From Candidatus Saccharimonadota bacterium (GTDB taxonomy: Bacteria; Patescibacteriota; Gracilibacteria; Absconditabacterales; Absconditicoccaceae), in the NCBI GenBank assembly GCA_965231145.1, contig OZ246420.1, positions 120,001 through 152,000 of the forward strand: DNA of 32,000 nt. Reading direction: 5' to 3'. The notes beneath the pieces were generated by a model. It made no database searches, was not told where the DNA came from, and saw only the letters and a program-made list of their open reading frames with translations. Within the stretch, counting starts at the first letter, position 1. Each line of letters begins with the position of its first letter. Positions 9,546-18,466 of the stretch are shown here, in pieces. A program made the position numbers and the translations under genes.

Positions 9546-10655
9546 ATGCGTGGAAGAGCTATTGTGGCGGGAGCATTATTGTGACGAAGTTCGCTGGGTG
9601 GGTGTGAGGAAGACAACCTGTCTGTTATGAATGAGCCACGCGAACAAGTTTCTCAGAGCGAAAAGGTAAATCTTGTGCAGGTGCAGTCTGTACATGATAT
9701 TTTAGAGACTCTTCAAAATCGTCCTGGTGAGATTACGAATCATGGGCTTAAAGCAGAAGTCGCGGAATTAAATATTCCTCAAATCCAGAAAGATAGTCTC
9801 GTAGAAGAAGTTAATCGCATGCCAAATGATGATATTCATGTGATCTCGATGGAGCGCGTAAGAAAGGGACCTTTGGGAAAAATGAGAAATATTAATCACA
9901 ATCTTGCAATCTTGCTTGGAGGAAAATATGCCGATAGTATCATGTTGCGTTATAATAAAGACCTGATAGATGCGCTTATAGCTCAAAATCCTGACATGGA
10001 GTGAAACACATGGCAATGGCTTTGATACGCAAACCTTCAAGACACAAACGTGCCTCATGTTTATCCTTCCTTGAAGGATTTTCTTGTTCCATCGCTAAAG
10101 GATTTTCTTTCAGATAAACCAGAGATAAAAAACCTTGTAGGTGGTGATGAAGAAGTGATTATTATTACAAGAAATACAGATAAGAAACATGTCATAGGAT
10201 ATTATCGCGATGGACATATTGATATATGACATTATATTTCTGCAGGAGTAGGAAGGGATTTTATGGAGCGAGATAATAAGCTAAAAAGAAAGAGAAAGGT
10301 CCATGCGTACACAAAAGAATGACTCTTCTATACAAATTATAATGTAGAGAGAGGTATGAGAGCAGATAGGAGAGATTCAACATATACTTCTTCGACATTT
10401 TGAGCGTCAAAAAAAGGTAAACATGCTGATGCTCCTATGCCATATGCAGTGCCTATTGATGACGATTTATATCAAGATGGAGTCTTTTTGCATACAGGCT
10501 ATGCTGATGGAGAACCACGCTCTCACCAGTGTAATCGTCTGGCTGGTTGGTTAGCGATGTATATGTATGACGTGATAGGTGATAGAAAGGTAAAAGTGGT
10601 TATCCATAACATGTATGATAAAACGAAAAATTCAAAGAGCAAAGAGCAGGATTAA
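9546..10655 (+). CDS. L,D-transpeptidase (YkuD-domain) lipoprotein
   Basis: ORFs 9627..10004 and 10437..10655 share one frame, which stays open through 6 TGA. The N-terminus MRGRAIVAGALL(G)RSSLGGC is lipoprotein-like. The C-terminus APMPYAVPI...GVFLHTGYADGEPRSHQCNRL fits the YkuD His...SHxC catalytic core. Confidence 0.6.
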
Positions 10656-10763
10656 ATAAAGATATACATTCTGTATTATGATTGCTTATTTTTGAATTAA
10701 GATTGGAGTTTTCTAGTAAAATCCTTATCTATAGGATATTCTATTTGATCGAGAAATGTTCAT

Positions 10764-11342
10764 ATGCAAGACGATAATCTTCTGGTAGAAAGGATACAAA
10801 AGGGCGAAAAAGAGCTGTTTAGTGTGCTGTATGAAAAATACTGTCACAAAATTTTGTATTTTCTGTTTTATAAGTGTAATGATATGAGCAAGGCTGAAGA
10901 TCTCGCAGCAGATACCTTTATGAAAGCGTTTGATGCAATAGGTTCTTTCCGTCCACAGAGGGAAAATGGCTTTAGTTCATGGCTTTATACTATCGCTACC
11001 AATATATTTCTGGATAGCGTAAAGAAGAAAAAAGAAGCTTCATTTGATGAAATGGTTGAATTTATACCCGATGATGCTGCGGGGAATATGACTGATAAGA
11101 TTCAGGTGGGTCAGCAGGCAGAAGAGATATTGACATATCTAGACACATTGGGTCCGGACAAGAAAGAATTGTTTGTTATGCGTATCTGGCAGGATATGAG
11201 CTGGGAAGAAATAGAAGCGGTAACGAAGAAATCAAGCGCTGCGCTTAGAAAAGAATATAGCAGACTTGTACAAAAGCTGATAGAGAAATTTGGATATATG
11301 GCAGTTTTATCTTTACTGTATGGAGGACGATGGATAAAATAA
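10764..11342 (+). CDS. ECF-type sigma-70 family RNA polymerase sigma factor
   Basis: Region 2 (EDLAADTFMKAF...FSSWLYTIATNIFLD) and a region 4-like C-terminus. It overlaps the next gene (ATGGATAAAATAA). Confidence 0.8.
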   Translation: MQDDNLLVERIQKGEKELFSVLYEKYCHKILYFLFYKCNDMSKAEDLAADTFMKAFDAIGSFRPQRENGFSSWLYTIATNIFLDSVKKKKEASFDEMVEFIPDDAAGNMTDKIQVGQQAEEILTYLDTLGPDKKELFVMRIWQDMSWEEIEAVTKKSSAALRKEYSRLVQKLIEKFGYMAVLSLLYGGRWIK

Positions 11343-12370
11343 ATGCGCTCTATGAAGAGCTGCTCTCATACGATAGCTCGCTGTCAAAAGACAAAGAGAG
11401 AGTTTTGCAACTCATACAAAAGATGGTAGCAGCAAAGCCTACGATCGTTGTTAATGAACAATGGAAAAAAACTTTTGCTGAAAAACTTTCTGATCATATT
11501 GCTATAAGCAAGGCTGTAGCTCATTCATCTTCATCATTTTTCTCGTTTTCAAGATGGTCAGTCTCTGTTCTTTCTACATTTATCGTACTAACACTTGCGG
11601 GAGCTAGTTACCGGGGACTGACTTATAATAACTCAAAGCTCAAAACTCAAAGCTCAAAACCACATACTGCAGATTCATTGAATCATTCGCAAAATTCGCA
11701 TTATAATACAGAAGAGTCGGCACATGTGTCAGATTCTATCGGAGCACAAGAGCCATCATTCAATTCACACGCGAGGGAAAATGTAACCGTTGCTATAGAT
11801 AATAAATGACCAGTTGTAGATGCAGAAGTAAAACAAAGTGACTTAACTAATACGCAAACAATCTCGCAATTTGCTAAGGAGGCGCCTGTTGCCTATGATG
11901 CATCTGTGAGTAACGCCAATACGATGTCGACAGATGTCGACAAAGAGGGCGCTCGTATGATGATGCAGTCAGAAGAAGCAATATGAGGAGGAATTGATGG
12001 CGTTGCTCCTGATATGCAAGCGACGTCGTTAGCAAAAACTTCTGTAGAACAGAAACTTATTGCGTTCGTTGTGATAGATCCTTCATGAACATGACTGAGC
12101 GCTTCAGCTCTTGAGATTATTGCTGAGCAAGATCTGCCTATCACATATGTATCATCGCAGGAAAAACTTTTTGCTACAAACCTTTCGGGGAGTATTTATG
12201 CTGTTTCTGAAAATAATATTTCTACCATTTCATCGGCTATCGAAGCAAGAACTATGCTTGTGTTTGAAAGAAATTATGTTTCTAACCACACTGAGCAATT
12301 TGGAATGCTTGTAAGAGAGCTGAAAGTTCAGTGATATGTGTTCGTTAGTCTTTCGTTTATGCTGCAATAA
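11330..12370 (+). CDS. putative anti-sigma factor, single-pass membrane protein
   Basis: Translationally coupled to the sigma gene. TM segment WSVSVLSTFIVLTLAGASY. The frame continues past TGA 11807-11809 and four more TGA to TAA 12368-12370. Confidence 0.5.
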
Positions 12371-13559
12371 TTTCTTTGAGCGCAGTAAAGAAAAGATCAA
12401 TATCTTCTTTAGTATTATACAGATAGAGGCTCATCCTGCATGAGCCGTTTTTTTGTATATGCGCGAAAAATGGATGTGTACAGTGGGCTCATGTACGAAT
12501 GCAAATTCATTTCTGTGCAAGTTTTTCCCCAAGCTGAATATGATTTGGATGTGATGGTATGACAAAAGAAAAAACTCCAATTCTTCATGTGGCTTCTTTC
12601 GGTCCAATAAGTTGAATAGAGTCTCATAGAGTGTTGAACTTATCGAGAGCATATTGCACGAGCTCGTGTTCGTGAGCTTGTATTGCTTTGTATCATCCTA
12701 TGCTATCCATGTATTCTATAGCTTTTAGAAGTGAGAGAGCACCTATGATGTGAGGTGTTCCTGGTTCAAATTTTTCTGTAGTTTCTTTTAGCTTATAATT
12801 ATTGTTTGAGACTTCTTCGATGCTTCCGCCTCCTCATATGCTTGGAGTCAGTGAATGCAGAAGCTCTCTTCTTATGTGCATTATTCCTAGCCCTGTGTCT
12901 GCCATCATCTTATGTCATGTTCCTATCAGTGCATCGCATTGTAGCTCTTCTACGTCCAATGCAAAGTGTGGTAGCGCTTGTGAAGCATCTACAATAAATA
13001 TCGTGTCGTCGCGAAGGAGTGAGGAAATCTTTTTCAAATCATATATCTTTCACGTTACATTTGATGCGGCACTGAGCGAAACTATTTTCACATTGCTTGT
13101 ATACTTCTTTGCAAAATCGACTACGTCGATATCATACTTATCATCTATGTTTACTCGTTCGATCTCAATTCACTGAGCCTTTGATGCTATTTGCCATGGA
13201 ACAATGTTTGCATGATGTTCTGCAACTCATAGGAGAATCTTGTCTCAAGCTTGCAACTTTTTAGAGGAAATAAGAGCTTGTACCAATAGATTGAAAGCAT
13301 AGGTAGCGTTGTATGTATAGACAATGTTTTCTTTCTTTGTTCCTATGATCGCTGCAAATGCTTCTTTAGAAGCGTCATATATTTCTTCTGCTTGCTCACT
13401 GAGTTCGTATGAGCCACGATGTATGCTTGCGTAATTATGTTCCAGAAAATATTTCATGCCGTCGATAACATGAGCTGGTTTTTGTGCAGTAGCGGCGCTA
13501 TCCAGATAGACAAGCGATGGGTTATTTGTGAGAAGAGGAAAGTCTTTTTTATGATTCAT
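12357..13559 (-). CDS. sufS: cysteine desulfurase, SufS/class V aminotransferase
   Basis: I checked every codon by hand: no TAA/TAG and 11 TGA-Gly. Motifs: FPLL..LVYLDSAATAQKP, (G)DKILL(G)VAEHHANIVPWQ, SNVT(G)K, GT(G)HKM, FEPGTPHIIG, and HCTHPF...CRMSLYLYNTKEDID. Confidence 0.85.
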
Positions 13560-13701
13560 CTTATGCAACGTACGAGATGATAAATAATAAATAAATGATA
13601 TGTAATTGAGCACTAAAAACTAGGTTTTCTTATGATTGTTTTTCTTGAAAGAACTATTATTATCTATTGGTAATTTATAACTCCTAACTCGTAATTGAAA
13701 T

Positions 13702-14565
13702 ATGTTGTGGTATGGGAAACCAGTTGCTGAAAAGCTAGAAAAGGAAGTAAAAGTATTTGTTCAGAAGCAATGACGAACAGATAAGTATGTTGCTATTATT
13801 ATGTTGTGAGTAGATCATCCATGAGCTGCATATGTTTCTAGTAAGCAAAAATTTGCTGAACGTGTATGAATGTCGGTAAAGATTTTCTGAAACCAAGAAA
13901 CAATTTTGACACAAATAGACATCCTTAGTGTGATAGAAACATGCAACAACGATGTAGGGTGTGTATGAATTATTTTGCAGCTTCCGTTGCCGGCTGATCT
14001 TGTACATGTGCAGCAAAGAATGCTTGATGCAATAGATCCGAAAAAAGATATTGATGCGCTATGAACCCTTCATCAAAAACATTTTGGTTTGCTTCCCGCA
14101 ACGCCAATAGCAGTTCTGCAGATGATTGATTTTTATGAGTATGATGTGCAGGGAAAGACTATTGCGATGATCTGAAATAGTAATCTGATAGGAAGACCAT
14201 TAGCGTTTGCCTTGGAGTATAAGTGAGCCTTAGTAAGGGTTTTCACTATCGAGAGTGATCAGGAAGAGATGAAAAGATTCTGTCGTGAAGAAGCTGATAT
14301 GATCATCTCTGCGACATGACATATACACTTAGTAACAGAAGAATTTGTGCGTGATGATAAGTCGCAAGTTGTAATAGATGTTGGACGATGATATAAAGAT
14401 GGTAAAGCTGTTGGTGATGTTGATCGAGAGAAAATAGAAGAGAAGATTGCCGCTATTACGCCTGTGCCTGGAGGAGTTGGCCCTGTGACAGTAGCATCGC
14501 TTTTTGCAAACATTATTTCTTTGCATGAAAATACAGAAACTTTTTGATCAGTTATTAAGGAGTAA
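13702..14565 (+). CDS. folD: bifunctional methylenetetrahydrofolate dehydrogenase/cyclohydrolase FolD
   Basis: 12 TGA-Gly. Motifs: [19 protein letters not shown](G)NSNLIGRP (TGA 14173-14175), ISAT(G)[18 protein letters not shown]. Confidence 0.85.
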
Positions 14566-14566
14566 G

Positions 14567-15283
14567 ATGTATTATATCTATGTCGACGAAGCAGGAAGAT
14601 GACCGATAGCGTGACCAGTGTATGTTGGGGTAATTATAGAACAAATAAAAAATAAGAGATGAAAAATAAAAAATAGAAAATGATTAATTAGGAATTATAC
14701 ATGAGATAATGCTGCTGATCATTTGTCATTGTTTGCTAAATACAAATGATATGATGATAGTAAGGTGTTCAAAGAAGTACAAAGAGAAGAGTTTTATAAT
14801 AAGATAGATACTGATACGAGATACAGATACAGTTCTGGATCTTGTAGTTCGACAGATATAGACAGGAGGTGAATTGTTCGAGCAATCCGTACTTCGATTG
14901 CAAAAGCTCTCTATACAAAGCTTTGAGAAGATAAGAAGTTTTCGGAGAAAACATTTCTTCAGTGGATTCAATTTCATGCCTCTGATTTCACGCTGGTGAT
15001 TGATGGTAAGACAGACTTTGGAATAAGAAAATTATGGGGAGTTGAAGTGGAAACTATTGTTGATGGAGATGCTATTGTGCCGATGATTAGTGCTGCAAGT
15101 ATCGTGGCAAAAGTAGAGCGTGATAGAGAGATGAGAGAACATGCGATCAAGTTTCCGCAATATGGATTTGAGAAACATAAATGATATGGCACTAAGTCTC
15201 ATTACGCAGCTATAGAGCAGTATGGTATGAGTAAATTGCATAGAAAAAGCTTTCTGAAGAAGTTGCTTGAGAGTGATAAATAG
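14567..15283 (+). CDS. rnhB: ribonuclease HII
   Basis: VDEAGR(G)PIA(G)PVYVG with TGA at 14600-14602 and 14612-14614. Further motifs: [23 protein letters not shown](G)YGTKSH, HRKSF. 9 TGA-Gly in total. Confidence 0.85.
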
Positions 15284-15436
15284 CACAAAATAACTGTAAG
15301 TCATCTTATCTTTATAGTAGCAAAATCTGCTGTCAACATATCGCATGTCATTTTACGTTTTCTTAGGCTAACGGAAAGTTTGCGGAAAGTGATATGCATT
15401 GGTTGATTTTTGAAGTCGATTGTGTATAAGCTAGGT

Positions 15437-15590
15437 AAGTCTAAGTTAAAAGTGTGACTCCTTATCTCCTTCCCATCGCTAATTATCTGGGGGCCGAAAA
15501 ATGTTCCGGGTGTAGACCTGGACTGAGCCTACCACTTTCGTCTTTGGGGTCCGAGAACCGTCGGTCCACGTTACCTTGGATTTTTTTTAT
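15437..15590 (+). ncRNA. candidate about 150-nt structured small RNA (class unknown)
   Basis: Promoter TTGATT 15403-15408, a 16-nt spacer, and TATAAG 15425-15430. The region is GC-rich and non-coding. It contains hairpins ccgggt-gtag-acctgg (about 15506-15521) and ggtccga-gaaccg-tcggtcc (about 15548-15567) and ends in T8 at 15581-15588. The longest ATG ORF is 4 codons. Confidence 0.35.
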
Positions 15591-15614
15591 TGTAAAAATA
15601 CAGATCTTCTTTGG

Positions 15615-15642
15615 TTGACTTGGGGCATTTTCTTGATATCAT
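15615..15642 (+). promoter_or_regulatory. promoter TTGACT-16 nt-TATCAT
   Basis: The boxes lie at 15615-15620 and 15637-15642, about 25 nt upstream of ATG 15668. Confidence 0.5.
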
Positions 15643-15667
15643 TACAGGCAATAAAAAATAAAATCTT

Positions 15668-15994
15668 ATGCGAAAATATATATACTGGTTACTTATCGTG
15701 ACAGTTCATATTCTGGTCTTTGCTCCAGGAGATCTTATACATGAATATTGGCTTATATCATGTTTTATAAGCTGTGTATTTGGACTGTGGGGATTTCTTT
15801 CTCTTCGGACAAGAGAGTATTGGAGTTCATTGGGCTATTTCATCTCTGATGTATTGCTGCTTATAAGCTTCGCATGGCCGCTCAATAGCTACGATAAAAT
15901 CTGTCCTTGGGTATCTATTCATCTTTGCTTTATTGTCTATATTCTCATAGCATTATACGTCAAAATCCGAAGAAAAGGATATGAAAACATCTAA
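15668..15994 (+). CDS. small integral membrane protein (about 4 TM)
   Basis: 108 aa with four hydrophobic segments, a TAA stop, a terminator immediately downstream, and no TGA. Confidence 0.65.
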   Translation: MRKYIYWLLIVTVHILVFAPGDLIHEYWLISCFISCVFGLWGFLSLRTREYWSSLGYFISDVLLLISFAWPLNSYDKICPWVSIHLCFIVYILIALYVKIRRKGYENI

Positions 15995-15998
15995 TGAG

Positions 15999-16022
15999 GC
16001 CCTGGATTCCGGGGCTTTTTTT
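15999..16022 (+). terminator. rho-independent terminator
   Basis: The arms gccctgg and ccggggc with loop att, followed by T7. It lies inside the spurious N-terminal extension of track ORF 15981..16865. Confidence 0.75.
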
Positions 16023-16036
16023 GTTGCAAAAGGGCT

Positions 16037-16064
16037 ATTGACAAAGTTGGCTCAATGGTTATTA
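16037..16064 (+). promoter_or_regulatory. promoter TTGACA-16 nt-TATTAT
   Basis: The boxes lie at 16037-16042 and 16059-16064. Confidence 0.5.
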
Positions 16065-16091
16065 TATTTGCACAATAAAAAAGAAAACAAT

Positions 16092-16865
16092 ATGAAAAAC
16101 AAAATGATGACATTCCTCAGTATTATATTGCTTTTTGCATGTAGTGTGAGTGCTCAAAAAGTAGGACTCTTCTTGAAGCAAGGAGAGCGTGAGCTGATCA
16201 TAAGTCAGCTTAAGAAAATGACCTATCTTGGTACGCCGGCTCAAACCGAACTGCGTTTGCCTGGGAGGGTAACTGTCCAAGTTTCATACAGTACAAAACT
16301 TAACATACTAAAGGCAGAGAAAGACTCTGATATGGTATGGATGGAATTCAGCCAAGGAGCGCGTACATTTACTGCGATCGTATTCAATGAGTACGTTCAG
16401 GCTACTGTTCCGGGGAAGTTTACTGTCGCTGAGATGGGAAAATATTTCAGGATGACAGTAGATTCACTTATGCCGTCGCTCAGCAAGGATCCTTTCGATA
16501 AGGTTCTTGCTATGAAAGTGCCGGATACCGTATTTGATAAAGTACTACAGAAAGTATTGAGGGCGGAAAATCATATGATGGACTGTCCTGTGAAAAATAT
16601 GAATATTCAGCCGAAAATTAAATACGTTCCAATGAATAGTAGTTACAATCCTGATGATCAATTACAAATCATTTCTTCTGAAAACGTTGGTCAGGATAAA
16701 CCCGCTACTATGAAGATAGCAAAAAATGGTGTGTCAGCCTTTACCATTATCATCACGAAGCAGGGTGTTACCGCTCAGTTCTACAACAAGCGAGCGTACG
16801 ATCTTATAGGTGACAATGATGAGGCCATTGAAAATCTTGTTAAAGAAGTATTTGGTATGAATTGA
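16092..16865 (+). CDS. secreted hypothetical protein
   Basis: The start was moved to ATG 16092, after the terminator and promoter. Signal peptide MKNKMMTFLSIILLFACSVSAQ. It ends in TGA 16863-16865, and TAG follows 4 codons later. No internal TGA. Confidence 0.65.
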   Translation: MKNKMMTFLSIILLFACSVSAQKVGLFLKQGERELIISQLKKMTYLGTPAQTELRLPGRVTVQVSYSTKLNILKAEKDSDMVWMEFSQGARTFTAIVFNEYVQATVPGKFTVAEMGKYFRMTVDSLMPSLSKDPFDKVLAMKVPDTVFDKVLQKVLRAENHMMDCPVKNMNIQPKIKYVPMNSSYNPDDQLQIISSENVGQDKPATMKIAKNGVSAFTIIITKQGVTAQFYNKRAYDLIGDNDEAIENLVKEVFGMN

Positions 16866-16890
16866 TATTACTATTAGGGTCTCTCAACAG

Positions 16891-16919
16891 CCGTCTTGTG
16901 TTCTACAGGCGGTTTTTTT
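16891..16919 (+). terminator. rho-independent terminator
   Basis: A ccgtct/aggcgg stem (one G-U pair) with a 10-nt loop, followed by T7. Confidence 0.6.
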
Positions 16920-16989
16920 ATTGCAAAAATCAATTTTTATAAATAGTTTACGAAGGTTACTATCCTTGTATTAACAAAAATACTCATTG

Positions 16990-17015
16990 CTTCCGTGTCA
17001 CTCACGGGAGTTTTT
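16990..17015 (+). terminator. orphan terminator-like hairpin
   Basis: The arms cttccgtg and cacgggag with loop tcact, followed by T5. No gene sits upstream. A possible TTTACG-16 nt-TATTAA box lies about 35 nt upstream. Confidence 0.35.
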
Positions 17016-17022
17016 CTTTTAC

Positions 17023-17046
17023 AAAAAAACCTCCGGATGCCGGAGG
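17023..17046 (-). terminator. rho-independent terminator of the 17065..17934 gene
   Basis: The arms cctccgg and ccggagg, with A7 on the plus strand, which is a T-run on the minus strand. Confidence 0.7.
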
Positions 17047-17064
17047 TTAAAGTGTTTCGAATGC

Positions 17065-17934
17065 TTAGAGAAATAAAAGCTTTACGGTATTGCCGTCGTG
17101 CAATAGAGCTCCGTAAGAGTGCGAAATAACTTCGATTTCTTTAGGTTCAAAACATGACAATAGGGTTTCTTCTCCAAGATAAGAAAGATATCGCCAGCTA
17201 CTTTCATAGTATAAGAGTATACCTTCTTTGCATGGCCAGAAATCTTCGTACTCGTTAGTGAGTGCATAATGCCGTTCCTCATCTTTGTTTTCCTGTCTTA
17301 CATAGATGAGCGATTCTTCTGTGGTGAGTATGATGGCCGGACAAGGTGAGCTTTGATTGATGAGCCAGTCTGAGTATTTGTCAGACTCTTTATCTGCTAG
17401 GTGGCCTGTGTAGTTACTACAACAGTAGAATATTTCGCTATATGTGTCTACGATAACCCCTTCCCAGCCGGCTTCCCATTTGAAATCTTTTGCGCTCGAG
17501 AACAATAGCGTTTCTTCTTGTGTTCTAAGGTCGAAAGAAAACAGAGTTTTGCTTTCTTGGTTGTACAATATGAGTCCCTTGTTATTTAATCCCCAAAAAG
17601 TTACTTCTCTTGTAGATGAATATACCAGCTCTTTACCTCCTTTTGTGAGTCTGAAGAAGTCACGATCAACTTGTATGATGATGTAGGGTTCGATATTATT
17701 GTAAAAGACATCCCATCCATCATGTTCTTCGTCGGCAATGATCTCTCCGTCTGTGGATTGTATGAGGTTTCCACTACAAATAATAGCTCCTCCTTTGTAA
17801 GCTGAAACTAGCTGACATTCTCCTTGGTAGAGTATGGTAAAATCTCCTGTACAAGGCCTGTTTTCTGCTATGAGAGCCGGAAGACTGTCATTGTTCGCTA
17901 CAGCGCGATGTAGCCAGAATTTTTGTTTTTTCAT
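17065..17934 (-). CDS. cytoplasmic beta-rich repeat protein, function unknown
   Basis: The start was set at MKKQKFWL (ATG 17934). It is 289 aa with no signal peptide. Blade-like segments recur (IIIQVDRDFFRL, LILYNQESKTLFSF, VIVDTYSEIFYC, AIILTTEESLIYV, ILLYYESSWRYL). TAA stop, no TGA. Confidence 0.6.
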   Translation of the reverse strand: MKKQKFWLHRAVANNDSLPALIAENRPCTGDFTILYQGECQLVSAYKGGAIICSGNLIQSTDGEIIADEEHDGWDVFYNNIEPYIIIQVDRDFFRLTKGGKELVYSSTREVTFWGLNNKGLILYNQESKTLFSFDLRTQEETLLFSSAKDFKWEAGWEGVIVDTYSEIFYCCSNYTGHLADKESDKYSDWLINQSSPCPAIILTTEESLIYVRQENKDEERHYALTNEYEDFWPCKEGILLYYESSWRYLSYLGEETLLSCFEPKEIEVISHSYGALLHDGNTVKLLFL

Positions 17935-17986
17935 TTTAGTATAATTGTTTTTTAGGTGTTTGTTAATGATCTTGTTGACAATAGTC

Positions 17987-18014
17987 ATTGTAATTCGTTC
18001 CTATCTAATGTCAA
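17987..18014 (-). promoter_or_regulatory. promoter TTGACA-16 nt-TACAAT (minus strand)
   Basis: The -35 box is at 18009-18014 and the -10 box at 17987-17992. Confidence 0.5.
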
Positions 18015-18072
18015 CCCTGCTTATCGCAGTTTTATCTGGTTTTTTATGGGGAGAATCGCTATAAGCGAGGGT

Positions 18073-18396
18073 ATGAAAAAGATTAATGAATCATTTGAGT
18101 GCTTTGAGTGTAAAAAGCAGGTGCAGCCCGCAGAAAGAACGTGCAGAAACCACTGTCCGTACTGTTTTGCGTCACTCCATGTGGATGGCGACGTGCCTGG
18201 TGACAGGCAGTGAATCACTACCTGTGGTGGAGCTATGTATCCGAGAGCGTATGAGATTAGAAATGGCATCACCAAGATGCTTTTTCAGTGTTCAAAGTGT
18301 GGAAAAGAGCACTGGAACAAAGTGGCAACAGATGATAATCTCATGACACTTGATGAAAAGATTGTCCAGTATAGGCCAAAATTTTTACTTATGTAA
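18073..18396 (+). CDS. RNHCP domain-containing protein
   Basis: The motif FECFECKKQV..RTCRNHCPYCFASLHVDGDVPGDRQ(G)ITTCGGAM is the RNHCP signature. One TGA-Gly at 18211-18213. TAA at 18394. Confidence 0.75.
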
Positions 18397-18466
18397 CTAA
18401 ATTCCATATAATTAATAAAAGCTGCTAGTCGTTAGCTTATAGACTATGACTAAAAACTAGCGTTTC

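Larger units (their letters stand above)
15403..18014. other. TGA-free block B (minimum extent)
   Basis: Three monocistronic genes (108 + 257 + 289 codons, no in-frame TGA) and one candidate sRNA. Every unit has a 16-nt-spacer promoter and a hairpin terminator. It lies between rnhB and the RNHCP gene. Confidence 0.7.

Noticed and set aside
11633-11660. Short tandem duplication aaactcaaagct x2
   Set aside because: It lies inside the low-complexity periplasmic linker of the anti-sigma gene (NSKLKTQSSK), has only two copies and shows no regulatory context.
12802-14513. Plus- and minus-strand ORFs of 63-124 aa (12802..13176, 12806..12997, 13735..14016, 14259..14513, 14329..14526)
   Set aside because: They are antisense or out of frame relative to sufS and folD, which are fully supported by conserved motifs under table 25.
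15488-15530. Possible SRP (4.5S) RNA, because CCGGGUGUAGACCUGG resembles the 3-prime arm CCGGGAUGUAGCUGG of E. coli 4.5S RNA
   Set aside because: There is no GGAA tetraloop, no AGCAGC motif and no closing GGGGGC/GCCCCC helix on either strand. The resemblance is too short to call.
15981-16091. The N-terminal 37 residues of track ORF 15981..16865
   Set aside because: The extension contains the terminator of the upstream gene (15999-16022) and the promoter (16037-16064). A classic signal peptide starts at ATG 16092.
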